Both the position numbers and the translations under genes were made by a program. Source: Epithemia pelagica (lineage: Eukaryota > Protista > Bacillariophyta). Taken from it: a stretch of DNA of 64,000 nt. Of this stretch, positions 46,601 to 56,862 are shown one piece after another. Location of the stretch: NCBI GenBank assembly GCA_946965045.2, contig OX337240.1, forward strand, positions 1,860,001 to 1,924,000. The letters are read 5' to 3'. The notes under the pieces were generated by a model. The model was not told the DNA's origin. It saw only the letters and a list, made by a program, of their open reading frames with translations, and did not search any database. Each line of letters begins with the position of its first letter. Positions within the stretch are counted from its first letter, which is position 1.

Positions 46601-47855
46601 TCACGCCCTTTTCTGCTAGTTGTTTCAGTTGTTGAAAGGAGCAGTGACCCAATCGCTCGTGATATTGCATCAAGAGGTCTTGGTCCGAACGCAACAATGG
46701 TTCATCTTCCACAATGGGTGGCAAGACATTGGGATCCGTGGTGAAATCGGTTGTCACTCCCTCGGATGGTGACGACCGGATTGGATGAATCGGCTGGGGC
46801 TCTTGGTCTTCATCATCGGGCAGAGAATCAGGAGGCGGACGCTCAGGATCATCTGCATCTTCTGAGTCAGAGACCGGGTTGGCAGGCATTGCAAGAGCCA
46901 TGAATGCACGGAAACGACGGAAACCAGGGGCTGTAAAGCACATACCGACGTTGTTCTTGTTGAGCGGTACGTATTTGCTCACTTTTTGATCCTTGGTACT
47001 GAGCCACTCTAACTCTATGCTCATATCGTCAATTGAACAGCGAGCTTTTGTGTCTCCTTCTTCTCGTCGTTGTCGAACAAAGACTTGGGGCACCATAATG
47101 TTGAGAGGGGCAGAAGGTAAGTGCCGCACATCTCGCAATTCGATGGTGTGAATCATGTTCAAGTCATCTTCTAACTTGATTGGAACGGTTCCTATGCCTA
47201 AGGGCATGACAGTTTCTCCATTTACGCCGAGCAAGGCTTCCTTCATTCTTTCTTCTTTGGTCAAGGGACGGTAGGATGTGAAGGCTCTACGGTACTTCCA
47301 CAGGTGATGAGAGGCACCAGAGTCGATGAGAAACTTGTCGGCGTCAGAATCGAAGACGGCAGTACGAGGACGGTCATCCGAGCTTGTGGTGGACGTGCCA
47401 TTCATAGCCAAATCAATCAATGGATTCTTGTTTGGGATGAACAAGGATGCCAATTGTTTGGCCTGGCGGAAGAATGACTTCTTTTTGGTCCTATCTCGGG
47501 TGCGAGTGGTATCAACGCAACAATCAACGTCTTGGAAGTGAAACGTTTTGTTGGCTTGTTTGGAAAGATGACCCACTGCAATCCACCAAATCTTTTGGTC
47601 AATTTGCAGCGCCGCGAGACATAACAATATACGAGGCAATTTGATGGTGATGTCAACTGGGAGACGGCGGCCCACACTTGATCTGTGGATTCGAGTTCGG
47701 GGCGGACGACGTCGGAAAGGCTTGTTGACGACTTTGAATGGTTTGGTTCGAGCGGAGAAAAATTTCACAATCCGCTTGATCCATGACAGAACCTCATGGA
47801 ACGCGACAATATTCATTTTGATCCTAAGAAAAACAACAAACGGCCAAAATGCCAT
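43607..47855 (-). pseudogene. pol: Copia B pol (PR-IN-RT-RH) with a nonsense codon and a frameshift
   Basis: FLIDSGAS, HERLGH/CPSC, CDNG, YGLKDG and LYIDD. TAA at 44301-44303 interrupts NYL*AMSRPDL. An apparent 11-nt deletion at ~44126 removes the RNase H DAD (CYV/AGSW) and shifts the frame. Confidence 0.9.
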
Positions 47856-47879
47856 GAATGCATCCCATGAGGGTAGCAG

Positions 47880-49214
47880 TCATTCACTGCCATTCTTGAT
47901 GATGGCTGCAAGAGCATCGGCCAAATCATCAGTATCGAACTTGCCGCCAGGAAGGATTGCGGCCATTCCCTTTTTGAGCTTGTCCACATCGACAGCAACT
48001 TTGGCGGCCACACCAGAACCAATTTGCTTTTTAGGTGCTTCCTTTTTGCCATTGCCTCCGGCCTTCATCTTCTTGTAGGTGTTACAATCCTCTACCTTGT
48101 GCGTGTGCCAATGAGAATATTTGTGGTTTGCCGGGCACCAGTAATAGGTTTTCGCATTCCACTCTTTTGAATCACCGAGTTTGCCATCCTTATGAGCAAA
48201 AGGAGGCTGTTTCTTATCTTTGTCGCCATCTGAGGCCTTGGATTCCGCTTTGCGCTTGTTCGACTTGGTACCAGAAGACGACTTGTTGGATTGTTGAGCA
48301 ACCATGGCTAAGGTTTGCTCCTCTGGTGTCTTATCAGACGGTTTCCAGAGTCCAGAGTTCACCAAGTTGTTGTACTTGGCTTGCGCTTCGTTGTAGAGCG
48401 TATCTGGAGCATAGGTTGGAGTGCTGGATGCTTTAGCCTCCAAAAACAAAATGTGAGACGTCCATTCCGCAGGAGCCTTGATTTTCTTATAGGCCTTGAA
48501 CTGGAAATACAAGATTTCTTGATCGGTAATGGATCCACCAGTCGCAGAAGCAGCCTTCAAGGTCTTGATGGCTGAACGGATGAAATTGTTCACCTGGGTT
48601 ACGTTGTACTTAAAGCGTCGTGGGTGAAACTCGGACAATTTATCTCTCGTAGCTTGTGCGTTGGAGAATGTCGCAGTGAAAAGCTCAGACACCAGATGGT
48701 AGAAGAGCTTGGGTCCATCATTATTAAAATTGACGTCACCACGTGATGCAAGGGCGGACTTGGCTTCGTCGGTGATGGATGCCATGAGGCATTCATACAT
48801 CATTTGAGCGTTTTGTTTTGTATGGTGTGACGCAGCAGAACGCGTGATACGAGCAGCTTCAACTTGCGCTTCGGTTACTTTTCCATAATCATCTAGCAAC
48901 TTGAAGGTCGTACCTCCGACTGCAACATCCAAAATTCCGTGAGTCGCCGAATTCCAATGGCAGGTTTCAACGCGAGTGCGCAAGTCGGCTAGGAATAGGT
49001 GTAGATCTTCAACTTTCCCGGTGAACTTGCTATCCAGCGGGTCACATCCAGCGCGGAACAAGCCAGTGCCTGTGCGATACGTTAGGTCAAGAGTGCCTCC
49101 CTCGTACGGGGAAACCATATCGGGAGCAGCGGCCGCTGCAGGAGGAGGACCAGGAATCACAGCCGCGAGAGCCTGAATGGCTTGAGCCAAAGCGTTAGCA
49201 GCTTCAGCGTCCAT
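47880..49214 (-). CDS. gag: Copia B gag
   Basis: 444-aa ORF just downstream of the PBS, with the knuckle-like YYWCPANHKYSHWHTH..EDC. Confidence 0.85.
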   Translation of the reverse strand: MDAEAANALAQAIQALAAVIPGPPPAAAAAPDMVSPYEGGTLDLTYRTGTGLFRAGCDPLDSKFTGKVEDLHLFLADLRTRVETCHWNSATHGILDVAVGGTTFKLLDDYGKVTEAQVEAARITRSAASHHTKQNAQMMYECLMASITDEAKSALASRGDVNFNNDGPKLFYHLVSELFTATFSNAQATRDKLSEFHPRRFKYNVTQVNNFIRSAIKTLKAASATGGSITDQEILYFQFKAYKKIKAPAEWTSHILFLEAKASSTPTYAPDTLYNEAQAKYNNLVNSGLWKPSDKTPEEQTLAMVAQQSNKSSSGTKSNKRKAESKASDGDKDKKQPPFAHKDGKLGDSKEWNAKTYYWCPANHKYSHWHTHKVEDCNTYKKMKAGGNGKKEAPKKQIGSGVAAKVAVDVDKLKKGMAAILPGGKFDTDDLADALAAIIKNGSE

Positions 49215-49400
49215 TGCTTGAGCTTGAAACCGAGTGGTAACAATGGTGAGAACTTAGCAATTTCAAAGACAAATTAAAACGAGGTTAACGCGTAGTTACT
49301 CAGTCAAACGGCCGTTCAAACAGAGCAATACACTTGGGCTCATAACCTGAGATCTGTATGTTTTCGAAATTGTGAGCTTTAGAATACTTTGTTAAAACTA

Positions 49401-49832
49401 CCGTATTTTCCGGATTCCTGGTTCCCCTATAGTCCTGGACCCCCCTCCCCCCTTAAACGTACATGGCCCCCTAACTTTATATCACTAGGTTCTTTCCAGG
49501 TTTTAGGGTTACCCCCACATTCCTCACGTTCCAAGCTTTCCATCGAACTGCCTGACATTAGATGGGAGTGAATCGAAGAGGAGAAACAAGAGATACAGCA
49601 TGATGGGTATTGTTATTAGGGTTAAGGCTACGTTTGGAAGCACGGTCTTTCCCCTAACTGGATTAGTGCGACCAACCCTTCTCTACAACCCCGATGTTGA
49701 ACATGAACTTTACTATTAAGTTAATTGTACTGTGTGAATGGAATCTTAAAAAAATTTCCAAAATTGCCGGAGTCCTGGACCCCCCGCCCTGAATCATGTA
49801 CATTCCGGGGTCCAGGAATCCGGAAAATACGG
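49401..49832. mobile_element. MITE, Tc1/mariner-like, 432 bp, inside the 5' LTR of copia B
   Basis: Perfect 21-bp TIR CCGTATTTTCCGGATTCCTGG; TA TSD (49399-49400 and 49833-49834). The other LTR shows the empty site AAAACTAGTCG. Confidence 0.92.
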
Positions 49833-50068
49833 TAGTCGTACGTAATAAAGTTTGATACGGAACTTGATACGGAACATTTCACGTAAGATGATGCGGAACA
49901 TAAATTAGAAGAATGAATCGTATGGAACGAGGAGGAATCTTGTGAATCGAGAGTAAGATGGAGAGTAGGTGATGTCAGCATAGGTGCATATACAACCTCA
50001 CAATGTTCACTCCACAAGAAGATCATACTCCTAATATTTTCTCATCGAAGTATTAACCCAAGAGCAGA

Positions 50069-51571
50069 ATGGTCCGCAAAGGAATCACCAATCATCGGTC
50101 ATCAACCAAAATGTATCGATTCCGCCTCTGGTGGCTGGGTGTGTTTATCCTGGGCGCGATCGAGTGGATGGTGTTCTCGTCTGCTCTAACGAAACTCAGA
50201 GAGTTTCGAGACTTTCGCGGAGAGTTTTGGGAGGTCTCGAAGCAAAGTCAGTCTACCATCCAAAAGAATGGCAAAACGAACGGCATCCAAACGACAACAC
50301 CTCCAGAAGATTCTTCTCCTTCTTCTTCCTCCTCTTTGTCTTCCTCCACGCTTGTCATCGACATGGTGAGCATTGGCAGTCAGACACTAGGCGATTTGCA
50401 AGACGCACAGCTCGAGACCTTTGGTACTGGGACCAGACACTTTTACCGAGCCACGGAAGCGGATGATGTCGAACAAGATTGCCACAAACAACTCACATTT
50501 GAACAAGTCAAACGGATTTCAGAACAATGCCGCTCAAGCCATCGATATCCCGTATTGCGGAAACTCAGTCGAGCAAAATTTTCCCGACTTACCCGATTGC
50601 GGAAACTGAACAATCCCATGGGTTGGATGTGTGCCCAGAAACGACCCCTGCAAGCCTTAAGAAACGCCGTGCATAAGTACTACTATGACGACAATGATGA
50701 GCGGTCATTGAAGAAAACACAACAACAAATCCATGCAGACGCTTATTCGCCACTTCGACTCAATACGTCCTCGTTACCAGATTACTTGATTGTATCCGAC
50801 GATGACACGTGGATCAACATGGATGGTGTGATATCCATGTTGCCACAGCTGTATCCTTCCTCGCAACGACAAACTATCGCAGCATGTCCGATCCAGTTTG
50901 AACCCAAATTCGATTTGTTTACCATTCCGTTTGGTGGATTTGGTCTCCTTTGGACTCGTGCCGCCTTGATCCATTTGTTGCGCCCAATCCATTGTTCCTT
51001 TGACAATTCTGCAAAACATCAAGCTGACTCCTCCTCTTTGGTGTGTCAGAGACTGGAACAAAATGGTATCGGCAAACGAGACATTTTTCGTCCTGGCATG
51101 AGTTTGTTGGACCTCATGTATGAATATTCGGTTGCCGCACCATATTTACAAGTCGAACAATGGACGAGAGAACGTTCTTTCTGTTTCCATAGCGATTGGG
51201 TCTGGGGATATCTGGTCCATTACTATCACATGTCTTTGGGGAGTGCTCGTGATTGGATCCATCGCAATCCTTCCGCCTCACCACTTGTAACCACAATGGA
51301 CAATGACAACCAAAACCACTTTCATCAAATGGAGGGATACAATGACTCCATGTATTTGACGTACGTAAATGCTCCAGATACGGTGCCATTTTTGGGACAA
51401 TGCCGCAACTCGAATGATTTCAACTTTTTGTTGAAAAACAGAACAGACCCGCCAAAACAAATCGTTACGAGTGGTCTCGGCGATGCCTATTGTGACGCCA
51501 AGGCACATTTTTGCCATCGCATTTCACCTTCGCACATGCGCCATTTGCATCAACAAGTGCAAGGGACATAG
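50069..51571 (+). CDS. Type II membrane Fringe/GT31-like glycosyltransferase (intact copy)
   Basis: N-terminal TM; DYLIVSDDDTWIN (DDD motif); FGGFG and HSDWVWGY; 500-aa ORF. Confidence 0.72.
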   Translation: MVRKGITNHRSSTKMYRFRLWWLGVFILGAIEWMVFSSALTKLREFRDFRGEFWEVSKQSQSTIQKNGKTNGIQTTTPPEDSSPSSSSSLSSSTLVIDMVSIGSQTLGDLQDAQLETFGTGTRHFYRATEADDVEQDCHKQLTFEQVKRISEQCRSSHRYPVLRKLSRAKFSRLTRLRKLNNPMGWMCAQKRPLQALRNAVHKYYYDDNDERSLKKTQQQIHADAYSPLRLNTSSLPDYLIVSDDDTWINMDGVISMLPQLYPSSQRQTIAACPIQFEPKFDLFTIPFGGFGLLWTRAALIHLLRPIHCSFDNSAKHQADSSSLVCQRLEQNGIGKRDIFRPGMSLLDLMYEYSVAAPYLQVEQWTRERSFCFHSDWVWGYLVHYYHMSLGSARDWIHRNPSASPLVTTMDNDNQNHFHQMEGYNDSMYLTYVNAPDTVPFLGQCRNSNDFNFLLKNRTDPPKQIVTSGLGDAYCDAKAHFCHRISPSHMRHLHQQVQGT

Positions 51572-51944
51572 AAAAGCACACGAGGATACATGTTTGGATT
51601 CGACCGGAGGGAAGGTAGCAGGAGCTCCGGACGATAATGTGTGGACAAGGCATAAACGATGACAAAGACGACGGTGAAGCAGATTCCATTCCAGGAGAAT
51701 AAATCAATGAACGTTGTTCGTAAATCACCGATCTTGCTCAAACGACATGGATGCACAATTTCGAACATGCAACACACGTTGCGATGTCGGGGGAGAGGCT
51801 CTTGTTTGCTTTGTCACATTTTCCGACATGGACTAACCCGGTTCTCAACACATTTTCACAACCTTACTGGTTACAACCATTCCATTATCTGACGAGAACA
51901 CTAGTTGCTTTTACAAGGTCCTCGCTACCTCACTCCTGAGCCGC

Positions 51945-53290
51945 TTATTTTCCCATATATTCCAACGTTAGCGACACAAAGTGTGTAGAGTCCCAATCTC
52001 CCTTGGGAATCACGAACAAGAATCCACTTTTAAGACGAGGAGGCGCGTTCTTTGGTGTTGACACATTTGAAAATAGTTTCGTAATCCTTCGGCTTGAATC
52101 TACCAAAATGCCAATGTAAACTTCAACATTCTTGTCTGATGCCAACCCAGCGTACAAACGGTACTTCCCAGGCTGAAACCCCTCCAGATTCCACAGTAAA
52201 GAGTCGTCTGGATCATCCCATGAACCAGGGACCATTTTGTGTTCGTCACTTCCTCGTTGAGTTTTGGTACTGTGTGACACTTCCAGAGGAAAGATAGTCT
52301 CAGGTAGCCTTGCCTGAATGGCCAATTCCTGGCCTCGGTACAAGTGAAAGGCTTGCTGCAAGTCTTGGTCTGTTGAGATGACACACAAAAATTCATTGAC
52401 CCGATATGAAAAAACCCCAAAACACTCGAGAGCATTTGACCAAGTGGAAAAAATTGATTTAAGACAACCCAAAGACACATTACCCTCTGCGTCAAGGACT
52501 CGGCTTGGTTTGACAGGAACAGCATGCTTTTCTGTGGGCAAGCAAAGGAAAGGGGCGTTGTAGAGTCAGGAGATATTGCTTGGGGGCAAGGCAGGAACAA
52601 GAATGCTACATACCAGATCCTTCGTTGGGTAACTCCACGAGCAACGATTTTGGGATCTTAAGCTGGGCGTAGAGTTTCACTATGTTGTTGTGATTGGTGG
52701 TTGCCAAAAGATCTGAGGTACTTTTGATAGCAATCTTTGATGTGTCCAAGTATTCGACATAAATGTCAAGGGCTCCAGGGCGCAGATCAATAGTTGCGGT
52801 CGTAACATCCTTTAGGCGTTCAAACGAAGGTCTATTATTGGCGTTTTCATCTCGAAGCTTCTCTACTGAAATTATATGCCAAATGTCTGAAGAAGAGATT
52901 TGAAATGGGGTCAGTCTCTGTCATGAGTAAACCCCAACGAGAGAAAAGAGAGGTAGCTGGAGACTTACCTTCTCTTTCCATGCAAACACGCACTCGGGCT
53001 TCGGCCGACGTCATCCCACAAGATTTCTTTCTGTACGAATCAAAATGTTCTGCGCCTTCACACAACAAATGCGAAAGTATTCTTGTTCCTCTCAGTTCAC
53101 CCCAGACAGAGCAATATGCAACGATAGCCAATGTCTTAGAGCGACGGCTTTCGTCTTTGTGAGAACACTGGACGTCGGGGACCAGAAAACGTGATTACAT
53201 GTCAGCCACATTCTATTCAAGGATCGTTGGAGGGACTCGGAAGAAACCCGAAAATGCACCCATACGCTCAGAGAACCCATCCTACGTTAA
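51945..53290 (-). pseudogene. PB1-repeat/CBM-like gene, right copy (multi-exon, decayed; 5' extent uncertain)
   Basis: Exons homologous to 4550-6444 with matching splice positions (CMEREG|gtaagt, PNEGSG|gtatgt, cag|AKHAVPVKPSRVLD as in the 5789 exon). The last exon carries a deletion and frame change relative to 14220-14370. Confidence 0.55.
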
Positions 53291-55236
53291 GACTCGCACT
53301 ATAGGCTACCGACGAGATTCTTGTTGCCTCGCCGTTCATTGTTTACAGATCTCTTATCACTCCTCCATCACCCTCCGTCAATCGATTTGGAGTTCTGTTT
53401 CGATTTGGTGAGATCCTTACAATTTCGAGCGTTTATTCTATTTTTTGACAAATATCTATCATTCATATCCTAGATTTATCTCCAGTCCAAATCTTTCGTT
53501 TTCCGTGAAATGACGATGAGGAGTAAAGCGCACCTTTCCCCGTACAGCTAAGTAGTGACAGTTAGCCGTTAACATCCACGCCCCAGAGGGGTAGGCTAGG
53601 TTGGTGTAATTGGGAAAATGAAAGCCTTAAACCACGCTCGCTGGGGGTGACTCAACATCATTGACATTAGTTCGGTTTTGTTGGCCAAGTCGCGGTAAAA
53701 TCGCACCTTCTGATGGCCATTTGACCGACAATTTTGCGATGACTAGAAATAGTTGACCTGGGTAGCCCCGTGATAATTGGCAATGATCCGTGTCTTGAAA
53801 GTCGGCCATCAGAATTTCTGGTAGGTTGGATACGTACAGACCAGATACCGCAATGGAATCATGGTAGTCAGGAGTAGCTACGACAGATCATACAAAGATT
53901 CTCTAGGAGTACCTACTTGAGTGTAGCAATTAACAATAGAAGTGGATACGACCATGAATAATAGGGATCTCTCTTCGGATTAATACTATAGTGTGTACAA
54001 CAAAAAAAGGACAAAGGATGAGGAGCAGAGCTTCCATCATGTATGGAGTTGGAGTCGAGGATGCCAGCGAAAAAGGGACATCCGGCAAGCCCAATGATAC
54101 CTTTTCAGCACCACCCATGCACAAGTGCAAGAACAACCATCCATGGTGTTGGTGCAGGTGAGTGTCCAATAATACAATGGTGGAGTCCAATTTGAAACTG
54201 ATCTACGGATAGCCCGACTATATGCTTCCAAGTTGGTGTAAACTAGCCATGTTGATTGATCAATATTTCTCCACTACCAAGCAACGGAAATAGCAATACA
54301 TGAACAAGACTTATACTTTAGCTATACATGACACTGGGAGTAGGCAGAGAAGGTTTACTCCTCTCATGCTTTCAGCTACCACGAACACTCTTGTTTCCCG
54401 TCTGGTTCAAGGATCTCCCGGAACTCAAATAATTTCGATTGCCGCCACTGAATGGCAAAGTGGGTGGCAAAATTGATGGATATGCTTCTACCTAGTGTTT
54501 TGGAGACTAAAATAGTTGTTCATGCAAAAAACACATAAGGGCCATCCCGCGATTCCACCACTGGGATATGGGTCACCAGAAGGTTAACAGTAGCCACTGT
54601 AGACATTTTGGTTCGAAAATACAGAACCCAGAGTGGTGTAAGGGCCGTGATCCACAGAAGACCTTCCAATGCATCCACAACCTTTGCCATGTTGATTTTA
54701 TAGCCAACATCGGTAAAGATACGCAAACCAAGCCCAAAAGCCACAGGAGCTTTGCTTCACTCAAAAACTTGAAATCTCCTTTGTGACGACGGGTAGTTTT
54801 CACCCAACTAAGCCATAGTCTCCCTATTTCAGAAATCCTCATGAGTAAGATTCCAAATTCAATGACCTACATACGTGTCCGGTACATTTCCCTACATACG
54901 TATATCTACGTAGACTAGTACTGGATGGTCAGAGCGGCCATCAATTCTTCTACAAGACACATCATTCCCCTTTCATTTATTATCCGACAACATGACAAGC
55001 TCCAATACAAGTGCAACGAATTCCGGTGGCGGCGCAACCGGATCCTCCTTGTCTTCGACGGGCCAGTTCCTTTAGCTTTGTCCTGGGCGCCAAGGATGTC
55101 ATTAAAGGATGGATCAGGGCAAAATTCTCAATTGTTATCGGAATATCGCGGTTATTGTATTGACATCCGACAACACAGTCAGGATAATAGCCGTACTGAT
55201 GGGAGTTTTGGTAATTGCCACATTAATCGCTGCCAT

Positions 55237-56862
55237 TCACTTTCGTGCCTTCTTCGGTGTTTGGGTTTCGTCGAGAAAGTCAAAGTAATCTTTGTAGAAC
55301 TTAGTTATATCACGGCCTTCACCAAGGTCATCCCAGTGCTTGTTGAAAGTTTCACCATCTTTTGGAACCGGGACGCACACTCTTACGGACTCAAAGTTCT
55401 TGCATCGAGCATAGCCAGTCAAATTGTAGCAACCTGTGACAAGGTGGTTCTCTGTCAGGATGATCTTCTCGTGCATAGATGATTTACCATAAGGGCAGCA
55501 CCCGGGCTGCAGCATATCGGCCACTCGTATCTCTACAGTCTTGAAGATCTGGCTACTGTTGCGATGTTCATGAAGCTTCAGGAATTTCTTTATCTGGCTG
55601 ATTGAGTTTTTCTGGCAGTACCTCTGTTGCGCAATCATCTCGTCATGGTGAAAGATTTCTTGAGGGCTTACAAAATCAAGGATGATTTTCACGTTATGCG
55701 TTGGTCCGTAGTGGAGGATCAAATCAAAAGCAAAAAAGTCTGTCAGCCGATGCGCCTTGATGCAAATACTTGTGCGTGGCGGTGCATTGTCAAGAACTTT
55801 GGCGATTGCACGAAGGGGATGATCCGTTGGGATGTCTTCGGGACGCTTATCCCAATCACGAGGAGCAGTAGCGAATCCAACAGTGGAAAGATCGATGCCA
55901 TTTCTCAATGCTGCAATTCGCGAGTCAAACCATCCAAGCCCTGCAAATTCCGCGGGGATGTCAATCTCTTCGCCGTTGTCCTCCTTCGACCCAAGTCGCA
56001 TCTCGGGTCCGTTGATGAGAACGAAATTGCTTGCATCACCATCATAACCCATTTGGTCCTCTTCAGCATAATCAGGATACGACATGATCTCGCTTCCGTT
56101 ATACATTTCCTTTTGAGGCCATATCAAGACGGTATCGACCGTGGCTTGACGAATCAAGAGATTGCAAATGCCCTCCATCGTTTCGGAGGTGGACAAGGAT
56201 TGGGTGTGACTGGCAAACAAACCCATTTCGTGCGTCAATTCCCGCATCAAATAGGATTCCAAACCCGGCAAACACGATACCAAGAGATCAAATTGTGGTT
56301 TTTCTATGGCCCTATTGCCTTTGTGCTTTTTCTTCTTCTTTTTTGTTTGTTGGGGAATGGAAGTGGTGGTTCCGGTCCCTGTCGATTCCAAAGTGGAGGA
56401 GGAGAACGGCGACGGGTGAGCGACACGAGAAGGAGGAGGAGAAGATTGGGAGGAGGGTGGTCGGTTTGCATCCAAAGAAGCTGAAGAAGAAGAAGAAGTG
56501 AATGTCGGTGATTGTCGTCGACGAGTGGTGGGAATGCCCATTGACGTTGGAGGATTGGGTTCGTTTTGGTAAACGCTTGTGGTGGTGGTAAAGGACGACA
56601 CGAGAATCGAACCCGAACGGCTATACGGTGCTGGCAAGCCTGCGACACGTCGAGGAAAAGAAACAGAAGCCAGTGTCCTTTGGTTCGTCCATTCCATTCT
56701 GGATGCTACGGATCCTGCCATTGGAGCTTGCGCCATGGACGAAAGGGTCCGCAGACGAGCACTCCTTGTCAGTGTTCCCAGTCTTGTTGTGCTGGTCCTC
56801 CAACAAGAACCAGGCCACGTTTTCACAGGGACCATGATTGGGACACGGTGCAACAGCAACAT
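55237..56862 (-). CDS. PLD-superfamily single-HKD protein, right copy, with a long in-frame N-terminal extension (PLD core from ATG 56106)
   Basis: HEKIILTE...GCYN...KNFES. The ORF is open for ~250 more codons upstream, including the THUMP-like [14 protein letters not shown]. The true start is uncertain. Confidence 0.6.
   Translation of the reverse strand: MLLLHRVPIMVPVKTWPGSCWRTSTTRLGTLTRSARLRTLSSMAQAPMAGSVASRMEWTNQRTLASVSFPRRVAGLPAPYSRSGSILVSSFTTTTSVYQNEPNPPTSMGIPTTRRRQSPTFTSSSSSASLDANRPPSSQSSPPPSRVAHPSPFSSSTLESTGTGTTTSIPQQTKKKKKKHKGNRAIEKPQFDLLVSCLPGLESYLMRELTHEMGLFASHTQSLSTSETMEGICNLLIRQATVDTVLIWPQKEMYNGSEIMSYPDYAEEDQMGYDGDASNFVLINGPEMRLGSKEDNGEEIDIPAEFAGLGWFDSRIAALRNGIDLSTVGFATAPRDWDKRPEDIPTDHPLRAIAKVLDNAPPRTSICIKAHRLTDFFAFDLILHYGPTHNVKIILDFVSPQEIFHHDEMIAQQRYCQKNSISQIKKFLKLHEHRNSSQIFKTVEIRVADMLQPGCCPYGKSSMHEKIILTENHLVTGCYNLTGYARCKNFESVRVCVPVPKDGETFNKHWDDLGEGRDITKFYKDYFDFLDETQTPKKARK

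Larger units (their letters stand above)
42899..50002 (-). mobile_element. Ty1/copia LTR retrotransposon B (CoDi-like), full length but defective
   Basis: TG...CA LTRs (42899-43611 and 49348-50002; 221 bp each once the MITEs are removed, one mismatch seen); TSD ATGTT (42894-42898 and 50003-50007); PBS GGTTATGAGCCCA (49335-49347); PPT GAGGGAG (43612-43618). Confidence 0.95.

Noticed and set aside
49495-49630. TTAGGG-like words inside the Tc1-type MITE
   Set aside because: Only isolated single units, not an interstitial telomere array.
53300-55160. Unique donor-side region with short ORFs (for example 54520-54744)
   Set aside because: It may hold upstream exons of the PB1 gene or another remnant, but I could not establish homology or a splice model.
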